From assembly GCA_041671325.1 (NCBI GenBank), contig JBAZBR010000004.1, forward strand, positions 4,004 through 68,003: 64,000 nucleotides of DNA, given 5' to 3'. Below are positions 46,610 to 55,960 of the stretch, piece after piece; the first letter of the stretch is position 1; the number at the start of each line of letters is the position of its first letter. The translations under genes were made by a program, and so were the position numbers. The DNA is from Patescibacteria group bacterium. Lineage in GTDB: Bacteria; Patescibacteriota; Patescibacteriia; PEXW01. The notes under the pieces are model-generated. The model did no database searches and had not been told where the DNA came from. It was given only the letters and a program-made list of their open reading frames with translations.

Positions 46610-47737
46610 TTACCAAAGCGGAACCCATAAATCTTCAATGATATCAACAAAGAGACTTCCAGTGTCATTGAAATACGAACCCGGCAGGTCGTAAATTAAC
46701 AAACCTAGAGGGTTGCCTGTTCCTGCATAAGGTATCTGGTAAGTATTTAGGGTATTATAGGCACCCCAATTTACAAACCCATTGTCCACCTTGAGGTCAA
46801 GGAGATCGGTTCCGTATGTGTCATACGGTGCTGCGACCCCATCAACCCAGTTTGTCCCATCTGAAGTGCTGTAATCGGCATCAAAATTAATGACGCAACC
46901 AGGCTGGTTGCATGCATAAGCCGTGCCGTACGCCTTCAGGAAATAATTCTTGCCTAATCCAAGCGTGTTATCGCTAAAAGTCGGCGTTGCTTGGCTTGCC
47001 AGGACTTCGACAGTCTCTACGAATGTCGGGCCGACATGATATGTACCCCGATGCCAATCTTCAAGAATGCTTTTTGAAACGCCAAACTTGTAATGTCCGC
47101 CAAAATCCAAACCGGTTTTTTCTTTCATAATATCCAAAATCTGGATCGCACTGCAGCCATAGGTGTATTCCATAGTCACCCAGGCTGTATTAGTAACCAT
47201 AGTTCTTGGTGTTTTCGTAATCCACCTAGAGCCGTCCCACATGTAGCGGTTAGTGCCTAAACTTTCGGTTAGATGATCCGCATCCGTACCAGGACATTTA
47301 TCAGCGTCCCCATAAATCCCGTCATGGTCATCTGGCGTCGCTGTGCCGGTCATGTACCAAGCCCAAGGAACATTGCCACTGATATGGCCGGTGCCATCGA
47401 TTGTTCCGGAAACGGTAACAGTGTATCCAGGGTTATACGGACCAGCATAAGTTGTGGTTAAAGAAATATTGTTTCCATCAACGTAACCGGTTATGGTTTC
47501 CGTAGTCTGGCCAGGCAAATTATATGGCGCACTGCCAGCCGGATATCCGGCGGTTCCCGTAAAGGTTCCGTCAGAGAGCTGGTTGGTAATGGTTACATCA
47601 TGATGGTAAGAACCCAAAACCACCCATTCGTATGTTCCAGTCACATCCCAATTGGGGCTGTAAGCGCTGGATGGGATAGGCAAACAAAACAAAAACAATA
47701 TTGCCCCCGTAGCAATACCTGAAATTATTTTTTTCAT
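46610..47737 (-). CDS. Secreted hypothetical protein (375 aa)
   Basis: N-terminal signal peptide, Gly/Tyr/Trp-rich. No motif recognised. Confidence 0.5.
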   Translation of the reverse strand: MKKIISGIATGAILFLFCLPIPSSAYSPNWDVTGTYEWVVLGSYHHDVTITNQLSDGTFTGTAGYPAGSAPYNLPGQTTETITGYVDGNNISLTTTYAGPYNPGYTVTVSGTIDGTGHISGNVPWAWYMTGTATPDDHDGIYGDADKCPGTDADHLTESLGTNRYMWDGSRWITKTPRTMVTNTAWVTMEYTYGCSAIQILDIMKEKTGLDFGGHYKFGVSKSILEDWHRGTYHVGPTFVETVEVLASQATPTFSDNTLGLGKNYFLKAYGTAYACNQPGCVINFDADYSTSDGTNWVDGVAAPYDTYGTDLLDLKVDNGFVNWGAYNTLNTYQIPYAGTGNPLGLLIYDLPGSYFNDTGSLFVDIIEDLWVPLW

Positions 47738-47917
47738 TTTTTCACCCCCTTCCTTTATATAAAGGCTATATAAAAGCTGTTAAGCCATTGTAACAGGGGT
47801 TTAAACGTTTAACAATAAGCTTTTCTAAAGGGTAAAGAAAAACGATTTTTATTTGATTTTCTGGGATGAAAGAGGGAGAATGGGATTATCAAGCTTGATT
47901 ATTAATATTGTCAATAT

Positions 47918-48298
47918 ATGGACAAAAAAACCTATTTCAAAATCTTCGGCTATGGCCTGCAATTGTTCGTGGTGGTCATGCTTTTGATCTTTGCAATGTC
48001 TGCCATTACCAACTCTGACCAAATTGATCATTGGTGGGAAGGCGTGGTTATTGCCATCTTAATGGCCGGTTGCTCTTGGTTATATTCCTTGCGCTTAAAG
48101 CCAACCACCACCAAAGAGAAATTAACCTACGGCATTACCTGGGCAATAATGATAGCCGTAATTATTTTGATTATTACTATTCCCAACAAAACCACCGGCA
48201 TAGTCTTTGGAAGTTGGAGCGCGTATTTGATATTTCTGGGCGTGGCAGTGGGGCCGATAGTAGGGAATTATAAATCTGTAACTCCGAAAATTGGGTAA
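47918..48298 (+). CDS. Multi-TM membrane protein (hypothetical)
   Basis: Four hydrophobic helices. A terminator hairpin follows at 48340-48382. Confidence 0.4.
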   Translation: MDKKTYFKIFGYGLQLFVVVMLLIFAMSAITNSDQIDHWWEGVVIAILMAGCSWLYSLRLKPTTTKEKLTYGITWAIMIAVIILIITIPNKTTGIVFGSWSAYLIFLGVAVGPIVGNYKSVTPKIG

Positions 48299-48401
48299 GT
48301 GTGGGGCGTGAACACAACGCTATTTAAGATATAAGAAAGAGCGCCTGCAAGGTTTTTATCCCTGAACAGGCGCTTTTTGGATTTGATACGAATCGGCAGG
48401 G

Positions 48402-48548
48402 TTATGGCCGGGATTTCCCAGTTAGATTATTCCATTGGGGCCAGCTGCCATTGGCCATTCTGCCGCCTACGCAACGACACCAACCGGTGAATTGGCCGTG
48501 CTTGTCATATTCGTATTCATAACCACCTTGCACAAACCAGCCTTTCAT
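48402..48548 (-). CDS. Small Trp/Gly/Tyr/Cys-rich protein (48 aa), absent from the ORF track
   Basis: On the minus strand, a GGAGGT RBS lies 6 nt before the ATG. It encodes MKGWFVQGGYEYEYDKHGQFTGWCRCVGGRMANGSWPQWNNLTGKSRP and is driven by a consensus TTGACA-17-TATATT promoter. Confidence 0.35.
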   Translation of the reverse strand: MKGWFVQGGYEYEYDKHGQFTGWCRCVGGRMANGSWPQWNNLTGKSRP

Positions 48549-48594
48549 TTCGCTACCTCCTTCGATGCGTTTTTTTAGATTTTTATATTCAAGG

Positions 48595-48624
48595 GAATAT
48601 ATGCCAATTTTGTTTATTTGTCAA
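48595..48624 (-). promoter_or_regulatory. Near-consensus sigma70 promoter (TTGACA-17-TATATT), copy A of a duplicated ~50-bp promoter module
   Basis: Read on the minus strand. It is almost identical to copy B at 49354-49384. Confidence 0.55.
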
Positions 48625-48907
48625 GCCTAAGCGGACTTGCCATTTTAGTTCAGCAACGACGGCAACAAGCACCTAAAATTTATTAGCCAACCTAAAAAGG
48701 ACTGTCCTTGCGGAGCAGTCCTTTTTGATATGAATATTTTACTTTAACTGGCGGCATTATTAATAGTACTCATTAGGATCAAATGGTTTTTTCCAGTAGC
48801 AGAGAACCCGGTGTGAGCCAGTTCTTTATGGCATTCGTAAATAAAAAAAGGTCCGGGGGTTAATTCCCAGACCATAGAGATTTTAGTGCATAACGGCGCG
48901 TGTTCTA

Positions 48908-49282
48908 TTAACGGCGTGCCGCTTCTGCGCGCAACTCACGGATGGCTTGCTCTTCGGTAAGGTACACATCTACTATTCCCTTGGGATTAAAATTCTGCCT
49001 ATACTCAAGGTACCGCCTCGTGTTGTCTCCGGCGCTGATCGCCAGCCTATGTTTACGACTGGCTAACCGCTTATGGATCTCGAGGATCGCTTTGAAAATG
49101 TCCGGTCCTATCGTCCGGATCTGACTACAATCCAGGAGGTGCAGGGATTCTTTGCTAGGCACGCCGAAGTGCCTTTTCAGTTTCGCGGCGTACTGTGTTT
49201 CCGGCGTCTTGACGTCATTTGCAAGGGTATAACGCCGGATCCCTCCCTCGAGTACTTTTGTGGTAACCAGCTTTTTACTCAT
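48908..49282 (-). CDS. STAS-domain (anti-sigma-factor antagonist-like) protein
   Basis: LHLLDCSQIRTIGPDIFKAILEI...HRLAISAG...VYLTEEQAI matches the SpoIIAA/STAS pattern. GGAGG RBS. Confidence 0.45.
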   Translation of the reverse strand: MSKKLVTTKVLEGGIRRYTLANDVKTPETQYAAKLKRHFGVPSKESLHLLDCSQIRTIGPDIFKAILEIHKRLASRKHRLAISAGDNTRRYLEYRQNFNPKGIVDVYLTEEQAIRELRAEAARR

Positions 49283-49353
49283 GATACGTCCTCCGTATAA
49301 AGGTTCTATGTCAGTGCCTAATTATCCTAACTATTGCGTTTTTTGCATTCAGG

Positions 49354-49384
49354 GAAATTTATGCCAATTTTGTTTATTTGTCAA
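49354..49384 (-). promoter_or_regulatory. Sigma70 promoter (TTGACA-17-TAAATT), copy B of the duplicated promoter module
   Basis: Read on the minus strand, driving the STAS-like gene. Confidence 0.5.
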
Positions 49385-49422
49385 ATTTAAGCGGTTGAAC
49401 ATTCCCTCAAAAAGGCGTACTT

Positions 49423-49941
49423 TTGGGGTATATGTTTGACCAATTCCTTTATTACGAAATCCAAAAATCCAAACCCTGGTGGATGTATTTGATCATCGCG
49501 CCGTTGTTTGTCTTTTCCGTCTGGAGCTTTGTCCAGCAGATAATTTTTAATAAGCCGTTTGGCAGTGATCCCGCGCCAGACTGGGGCGTCTGGCTGATTT
49601 TAATTATTTGCGGCATTGGCCTGCCTTGGTTATTTTTGCAAAGCAAGCAAATCATCAAGTTTGACGGGAAAACCATTTCCGCCTCCTATGTCCCGTTTTG
49701 GAAAACCACCTTCGCCCTGGACCAGGTTGAAAAATTTTACCCGCGGGATTTTAATCCCATGCGCGATTTCTGGGGCTGGGGCATCCGCTATGGCCTAAAG
49801 AAAGGTTCAAAGTGGGTCATGGCCTATGTGTATTTTAATGAAAATAGGGGAGTCCAATTCGAACTTAAAAACGGCCGCCGCATCCTGATTGGCAGTAGGA
49901 AGACTGAGCAGTTTTTGGAGGTGCTGAACCGAAAAATTTAA
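49423..49941 (+). CDS. Membrane protein with bacterial PH-like (YdbT/DUF304-like) C-terminal region
   Basis: Two N-terminal TM helices, then FDGKTISASYVPFWKTTFALDQVEKF. Confidence 0.4.
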   Translation: MGYMFDQFLYYEIQKSKPWWMYLIIAPLFVFSVWSFVQQIIFNKPFGSDPAPDWGVWLILIICGIGLPWLFLQSKQIIKFDGKTISASYVPFWKTTFALDQVEKFYPRDFNPMRDFWGWGIRYGLKKGSKWVMAYVYFNENRGVQFELKNGRRILIGSRKTEQFLEVLNRKI

Positions 49942-49967
49942 TAAAAAAATTATTTTTTAAAAAACCT

Positions 49968-51719
49968 ATGGACAATAATCAACCGGCGACACTAAAAACC
50001 TCGCCAAAACCAAAAAAATTAATCATTATCGTTGTGATTGCAGTTTTAGTCATCGGGGGAGCGGTGGCCGCCTTTGCCTTCATGGGAAAATCAAAAGATG
50101 CTGGCAAGACAACCAACACAACTTCAACCAATTCCGCCTCCAGCAGTAATGCCGCTGAAAACGTAAATACCACAAACTCGCCAGCCGTCCAAAATTCCAA
50201 CACAACCGTCTCCACCGTCGGCAAGGTGCTCGGCCAAAGTACTGGCAGCCTGCCTTATGCCGCCATTGATGAAGCCCATGTCGCTTCAGCAGTCATTGAC
50301 AGTAACGGCGGCGTCATCACCGCTACCCTGCCCAAAAACATAACCGCGTACCTTATCCTGCCGGAGGGCGAAGTAATCCAGGAGGCTTTTGTCAGCCTGA
50401 TCCCTTATACGGCCATGCCTTCGGGCCAGAAGCACGGCTATCTTTCAGATGAGCTCGGCTACGGCGTGCAGGTACAAATAAAAAGCCTACAGATGGGCGT
50501 CCGGGGCTATTTGGTTTTTGATACCACTGGCGGTATTGCCACTTCAGAGGCGGTTGCCAAGGAAAAATACTTCAACCGTTGCGACCCGAATTTCACTTGG
50601 TTTGACCCCTACCTTTGCGCCAAAAAGAATAAAGTTTCCGCCTCGACTGTCGTGACCAAGGATCTTACGGTCATCACGCCGATCCATGCGGCAAAATTAA
50701 ACAGCCTGGTCTTTCCCCGAAACACCATCCCCACGGGCATTAATGGGTTGGTGGCCTTGCCCATCAAGGGCGGCGACGTGTTCATACCCCAAAAAGTTGA
50801 CCAAGCGCTAGTAGATAAATTAACCCAGGATGGCCTCAGTAAATACAGCAGTATCACCCAAAAGTTGGAAGCCACCGGCTTGGCCCTGGCCTGGGGCGGC
50901 AATAAATTTTCACAGGAACAGCTGAAATTAATCAGATATCTGGCGGAAGAAAATTACTACCAGGAAGCAATCAAGGCGATAGCTATTTCCCAGCAATTTT
51001 CGAATTTGCTTGGGGCCGGCAGCCTGACTATTACGCGTGGAGAGTTTGACGACATGACCAATGAGGAACTAAAGGCTGACATTGACGAGAATCTGGTTGA
51101 CCTGGCAAAAATATTTCTTAAAGACGCCCAGGAAGTCACCCAAAAATTCGGTTTTGGCATTAAATCCATTACAGCGGCCGCCGCGATCAGCGATGCCGCC
51201 CAATTGGGCGTGGCCGGGGCCAGCCAAGCGCTCGGCACGGTCAGGAGCAATATTGAGAGCATTGGCACGTCGGATTCGACTTCCCTGGGCAGGCGCAGTA
51301 GCGCGTTGGAAAGTTCCGACTACACAAATTCCGGCGGCGGCGAACCGCAGATTACCCCCGAGATCCTGCAAGGCATGGCCAGAGACGTGATTAACCGCGT
51401 TTGGGCCGATCCCAAAGCGACGATTAAGGATATATTGAACGCTATGTCTCTGGCTCGTGCCACCGCCCTGGACAATGAGGATCAGATAATCAATGAGGGG
51501 CTGGAAAAAATCACGAAAATTTTGGAGCAAATGCTCAAAGATGCCGTCTGGGCCAAGGACTTTTTCGATATCGCCGCCATTGCCAAGATGCTGGGCCTGG
51601 ATGACCTTGCCGATGACGCCATCGCCAAAGGCAAAAAAGCCCCTATCTCGCAAAAACTCTGCGACCTGGTAAAAAAGAACTTAAGCAACTTCGGCCTCAA
51701 TAAATGCAGTATTGAATAA
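49968..51719 (+). CDS. Membrane-anchored extracytoplasmic hypothetical protein (583 aa)
   Basis: N-terminal TM helix, a Ser/Thr/Asn-rich linker, and an Ala-rich C-terminal region. Confidence 0.5.
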   Translation: MDNNQPATLKTSPKPKKLIIIVVIAVLVIGGAVAAFAFMGKSKDAGKTTNTTSTNSASSSNAAENVNTTNSPAVQNSNTTVSTVGKVLGQSTGSLPYAAIDEAHVASAVIDSNGGVITATLPKNITAYLILPEGEVIQEAFVSLIPYTAMPSGQKHGYLSDELGYGVQVQIKSLQMGVRGYLVFDTTGGIATSEAVAKEKYFNRCDPNFTWFDPYLCAKKNKVSASTVVTKDLTVITPIHAAKLNSLVFPRNTIPTGINGLVALPIKGGDVFIPQKVDQALVDKLTQDGLSKYSSITQKLEATGLALAWGGNKFSQEQLKLIRYLAEENYYQEAIKAIAISQQFSNLLGAGSLTITRGEFDDMTNEELKADIDENLVDLAKIFLKDAQEVTQKFGFGIKSITAAAAISDAAQLGVAGASQALGTVRSNIESIGTSDSTSLGRRSSALESSDYTNSGGGEPQITPEILQGMARDVINRVWADPKATIKDILNAMSLARATALDNEDQIINEGLEKITKILEQMLKDAVWAKDFFDIAAIAKMLGLDDLADDAIAKGKKAPISQKLCDLVKKNLSNFGLNKCSIE

Positions 51720-51853
51720 TTTAAAGATTATAATTGCCTCGTCCCTTTCGACTCCTTGCCATGACAATAATAAATAACCCGTCATTGCGAGCCCCCGCTT
51801 TTTGGCGGGGGGGGTGTGGCAATCTTTAACTATAGTAAACTAACATCCATACT

Positions 51854-52219
51854 ATGAAAAAATTTCTCTATTGGGCGCCGCGAATTTTAAGCATTGTAAT
51901 GGTGTGTTTTATCTCCATCTTCGCTCTGGATGTGTTTGATCAGAGTTATACTTTTTGGGAATTGGTGCTCGCGCTCTTCATGCACCTTTTGCCCTCAATC
52001 GTAGCGGTCATTATAATCATTATCGCCTGGAAAAGGGAGCAAATCGGCGGCTGGCTTTTCATTGCATTGGGTATGGGATTTGTGTTTATCGGCAGGTTTG
52101 AACTGATGGCGATTTTAATTGTCACCCTTCCGATCATCATCATTGGTGCGCTGTTTTTATTGCACTATTATAAATATGTAAAAGGGGCGAAAGATTCTGG
52201 AGGCGTTGGGGAAAGTTAA
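51854..52219 (+). CDS. Multi-TM membrane protein (hypothetical)
   Basis: Four TM helices. Confidence 0.4.
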   Translation: MKKFLYWAPRILSIVMVCFISIFALDVFDQSYTFWELVLALFMHLLPSIVAVIIIIIAWKREQIGGWLFIALGMGFVFIGRFELMAILIVTLPIIIIGALFLLHYYKYVKGAKDSGGVGES

Positions 52220-52498
52220 CTAATAGGAGGTAAGTTTTTAGTTTCTTGATTGTTCCCTTATAAAATATGGGGATTTTGAGTTATCCACAACATTCTTTGC
52301 TTTTTTTATTAATATATTAAATTAAGGTTTTTTATGAATGGTATATAGAAACGAATAATATGCAATAAATACAGGAGATATATGATGATAATTAGAGTAT
52401 TTACTCATATATGAACTGTTAATCATGCCGATTTGACAATAAAAATGACATATGATAGATTAAACCGTGCTATGAATTATAATTAACAACCAACAACT

Positions 52499-52894
52499 AT
52501 GAACGAAAACAACCCACTCAATAGACTATTGGTGAGCGATTCCCAAGATGTTAATAAAGAAGAGTTGGCAAATTTGCTTGAACCGTACGTTTTTATCAAT
52601 AAAGATTCGAAATCTTTTGATTTTTCATCCAAGTTTCACGGACTTCCCACTCATGCCGATAGAATTCTTATTATTTTTGCAGCAGTGAAGGCAAGGCATA
52701 TAATTTTACAAACGGAAGATAGAATTACGCCCTCTGAAATTATCAAAATGGAGGTTGCGGCTGAAGGCAGCATAAAAGGTACATTAAAAAGGCTTTCTGA
52801 CGATGGTGAGATAAAAGCAGATAAAGGTAAGTATTATCTACCAAATTATAAAATTCCAAAGCTTGTTGAGCATTTTAAATCTTTTAATAAGTAG
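52499..52894 (+). CDS. Small wHTH-like protein, paralog 1 of 3 in an AT-rich island
   Basis: The C-terminal KGTLKRLSDDGEIKADKGKYYLPNYK resembles a winged-helix wing. It is a paralog of the next two genes. Confidence 0.4.
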   Translation: MNENNPLNRLLVSDSQDVNKEELANLLEPYVFINKDSKSFDFSSKFHGLPTHADRILIIFAAVKARHIILQTEDRITPSEIIKMEVAAEGSIKGTLKRLSDDGEIKADKGKYYLPNYKIPKLVEHFKSFNK

Positions 52895-52899
52895 ATATT

Positions 52900-53304
52900 A
52901 TGGATAATAATATAGAAAAAAGAATTTCAGATATTGAAATACGTCTAAAGAAACTTGAAGAAAAAAATAAAATAGTGATTAGTCAAGGGGACGTGAAAAG
53001 GGCTCAATTATCATTGGGTGAATTTCTTTCTACAAAACTAATCAGCAATGATGTTGAGCGCACTCTAGCAATTGCATATTATTTGGAATTTTATGAAAAA
53101 ATGCAACAATTTAATATTAGTGATCTTGAAAACGGATTTCGTTCCGCTCGTTATAAATTGCCTAAAAATATAAACGATAAAGTAAATATGAATATTAAGA
53201 AAGGTCACCTTGCTGAAGAAAAAGGAAAAAAAGATTTCAAAAAAGCATGGTATATCACCGACGCGGGTGTAAAATATATTGAGACAGAATTAAATAATAA
53301 GTAA
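52900..53304 (+). CDS. Small wHTH-like protein, paralog 2 of 3
   Basis: LAIAYYLEFYE...KKGHLAEEKGKKDFKKAWYITDAGVKYIE. Confidence 0.4.
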   Translation: MDNNIEKRISDIEIRLKKLEEKNKIVISQGDVKRAQLSLGEFLSTKLISNDVERTLAIAYYLEFYEKMQQFNISDLENGFRSARYKLPKNINDKVNMNIKKGHLAEEKGKKDFKKAWYITDAGVKYIETELNNK

Positions 53305-53305
53305 T

Positions 53306-53710
53306 ATGTCAGAGGAACAAATGCAGAAAATATTAGCTCAACTTTTAGATCACGATAAAAGAATCCGTACACTTGAGGCTTGTGATGTTAATTCTGAAAT
53401 CCCTAAAACGGAGAAGGAAGCTACCCTTGCGGAGATAGTACATGGGAAGATTTTTAAATCCGGGCAAGAAAAAATCGCAGTGATTGTTGGATATTACGAA
53501 CTAATACTCCATCAGTCACCTGTCAATGAAACAAATATTCGAACCGGTTGGTTAAAGGGAAAACTTGATGGAAAATATCGTAGCAATTTACTCGAACGTA
53601 CTGTTAGTGATGCATTAGTTAGAGATTTAGAAAATGGCGCATACGATCTCTCCCAAACGGGTGAAAAATTTTTTAATAATTTTCTAAAATCAAATGTTGG
53701 AAAAGCTTAA
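53306..53710 (+). CDS. Small wHTH-like protein, paralog 3 of 3
   Basis: IAVIVGYYELIL...LENGAYDLSQTGEKFFNNFL. Confidence 0.4.
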   Translation: MSEEQMQKILAQLLDHDKRIRTLEACDVNSEIPKTEKEATLAEIVHGKIFKSGQEKIAVIVGYYELILHQSPVNETNIRTGWLKGKLDGKYRSNLLERTVSDALVRDLENGAYDLSQTGEKFFNNFLKSNVGKA

Positions 53711-54443
53711 GCAAGAGTTAAGTAGGAGACTTAGTGACGAACAACTTATTGAGAATTTATTTTTTAGTTATCAGAGGATCTCAGAAAAGTTTATTGCTCA
53801 AAAACCAGTTGATTTATTGCAAAATACGGGCTTATTTGTCGAATCCGCACTACGCGTGGCGGAACATTTCATTTTAGGCGCTCACACCTCTCTTGGAAAA
53901 GAATTTGATATTGATAATTGTATACAGAAATTAGAAAAATCATCTGGTGCTGATGGTTTGAGAATTCATGTGGCGCGGTTAAGTCGAGCAATCTACGATT
54001 TTCGCTCTCGGAAAAAGGGCGTACACTTGAAAGCTATTGACCCGATGATTATTGATGCTAGTGTAGTTTTTAATATCTGCACTTGGATATTTATTGAGAT
54101 ACTGAAGGAAAGCGGCGTATCAGATGCAGAAAAAACAATACATTTGCTTTTTACAAGAAAAACACCGCTCGTACAAGAAGTCGATGGGATTTTACGTACA
54201 ACAAATCCAAAACTTTCAGGAACTCAGCGTATCCTTATTCTACTTTATTCTGCCCCAAACGGATTATTTGAGGCAGAAATACTTGAAGGAGCAAAAAGAA
54301 AAGTTAAGAACAAAGACCATCTACATAAGGACCTCAAAAGCATGGATACCCGCGATCTTATTCATCAACGTTCAGATAGTAAATGGACATTATTTGGCCA
54401 AGGTTTCGGCGAAGCTGAGAAGCTAATTTCAAAGTACTCTTAA
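53694..54443 (+). CDS. HEPN-like (Rx4H) hypothetical protein, 249 aa
   Basis: ARLSRAIYDFRSRKKGVH contains an R-x4-H motif in a predicted all-alpha context. The gene overlaps the upstream gene by 17 nt. Confidence 0.4.
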   Translation: MLEKLKQELSRRLSDEQLIENLFFSYQRISEKFIAQKPVDLLQNTGLFVESALRVAEHFILGAHTSLGKEFDIDNCIQKLEKSSGADGLRIHVARLSRAIYDFRSRKKGVHLKAIDPMIIDASVVFNICTWIFIEILKESGVSDAEKTIHLLFTRKTPLVQEVDGILRTTNPKLSGTQRILILLYSAPNGLFEAEILEGAKRKVKNKDHLHKDLKSMDTRDLIHQRSDSKWTLFGQGFGEAEKLISKYS

Positions 54444-54584
54444 AACCAGCTTGGTAAAATGAATAATAATCCCAACTCCATAAGGAGTCTATTATTTTTT
54501 GTTTATTTTTAATTTGGATTATACTTCAATTACCCACTTCATCATGCTTATTAATTAATTTTTAACCCTTAACCAAAAACCCAT

Positions 54585-55067
54585 ATGACCGAATACAATC
54601 CCAAAACCGACTGCTGTCAGCCGTTTGATCCAACGCCCTGGCAGGACAAGGAAATCACCTGGAATAACAAGATTTTTGTTAAAGATCATGTGGCGAGTTT
54701 CTTCCATATCCCCATGAACATGGGGAAAGTTATTACCCGCAACCTGGCGCTCATTGATAAAGCCAATGCGCGGGCACCGTATCAATTAATGCTTACTGAT
54801 GAGAAATCCATGTGGGGTTCGGATATTTATATTGATGTTTCCAAAGAAGTTCCTGGTGCGGAAATGGCTACTTTATCCGGCACATACCTCACCAAAGTAT
54901 TTGAAGGTCCATACCAGAACGCGGGCAAATGGGCGCAAGAAATGCTGGCCTATGTGAAAGCCAAAGGCAAAGAATCGAAAAAACTGTATTTTTCCTACAC
55001 CACTTGCCCCAAGTGCGCCAAGAAGTACGGCAAGAATTACGTGGTTTTATTTTCTAAAATTAACTAA
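54585..55067 (+). CDS. Hypothetical protein (160 aa) with a C-terminal CPKC motif
   Basis: Clean ORF. No family recognised. Confidence 0.45.
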   Translation: MTEYNPKTDCCQPFDPTPWQDKEITWNNKIFVKDHVASFFHIPMNMGKVITRNLALIDKANARAPYQLMLTDEKSMWGSDIYIDVSKEVPGAEMATLSGTYLTKVFEGPYQNAGKWAQEMLAYVKAKGKESKKLYFSYTTCPKCAKKYGKNYVVLFSKIN

Positions 55068-55073
55068 AAACAT

Positions 55074-55256
55074 ATGATGGACGTTAATGTTACTAAACGC
55101 GGCGGGGAAGCGGTTTATGGCTTAGGCTTTGTTGGCGCGGCCATTTATTACATTTCCGTGGCCACGGGTTTTTGGGTGGGCGTGCTTGGAGTATTAAAAG
55201 CCTGCGTCTGGCCAGTGTTTTTTGTCTACCACGCGTTGAAGTTTTTAGGGGCTTAA
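55074..55256 (+). CDS. Small membrane protein (60 aa, hypothetical)
   Basis: Two TM helices. Confidence 0.3.
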   Translation: MMDVNVTKRGGEAVYGLGFVGAAIYYISVATGFWVGVLGVLKACVWPVFFVYHALKFLGA

Positions 55257-55298
55257 AGCTTGTCGTTGGTAGAAATTTATATAATTAGCGCTTGATTC

Positions 55299-55931
55299 AT
55301 GACTCAGCGGCGTATATACCAAGATGAATTTCCATATTTCGTAACTTTTCGGACGCTTGATAGCCAACCCTTGTTTGAGGATGAAAAAATGGCGGAGTTG
55401 TTTCGGCGCGAATTATTTGTATCGGCAAAAATCAAACATTTTGATATTTTTGCGTACCAAATAATGCCCGATCATATCCATGTTTTAACGCAAATAAATG
55501 TCGAGCGCACGCTTGAGAGCATGCGCTCGGGTGACTCGGGTGACGGGGATGGTGAAGATATCGTGAGCATGCGCTCGGGGGTTGGTAAAAATATTTTGTC
55601 ATCAAAACCCGAACGCACGTTCTCTAACGTGCGTGAGGGGGAAATCCACCCGATCTCCGCCAAAAGCACCCTTTCGAGGGTGCGGACCAAAACTCCCAAA
55701 TATAATATTTCCGATTTGATGCAATCCATCAAAGGCAATTTTTCCCGGAAAATCCATGAAGGCAATATTTGGCAAAAACGGTTTTATACCAAAATCGTGA
55801 ATACCCATAAATATTTGGAAACCGTGATTAATTATATTGAAAACAATCCAATCAAAGCGGAATTGCCGAAAAGATATCAACAAAAACCCTACCAATATTT
55901 CAATTGGCCGAAAATTCACGCCTTGTTTTGA
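55299..55931 (+). CDS. IS200/IS605-family Y1 (HuH) transposase-like protein, REP-associated tyrosine transposase candidate, with an in-frame low-complexity insertion
   Basis: MPDHIHVL carries the HuH motif. SDLMQSIKGNFSRKI...WQKRFY is the central IS200 block, and NYIENNP holds the catalytic Tyr. An extra ~70-aa Ser/Gly/Asp/Arg-rich segment is encoded by hairpin-forming DNA at 55500-55690. Confidence 0.65.
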   Translation: MTQRRIYQDEFPYFVTFRTLDSQPLFEDEKMAELFRRELFVSAKIKHFDIFAYQIMPDHIHVLTQINVERTLESMRSGDSGDGDGEDIVSMRSGVGKNILSSKPERTFSNVREGEIHPISAKSTLSRVRTKTPKYNISDLMQSIKGNFSRKIHEGNIWQKRFYTKIVNTHKYLETVINYIENNPIKAELPKRYQQKPYQYFNWPKIHALF

Positions 55932-55960
55932 GGCAGGAATGGACTTAGAATTAATTTATT

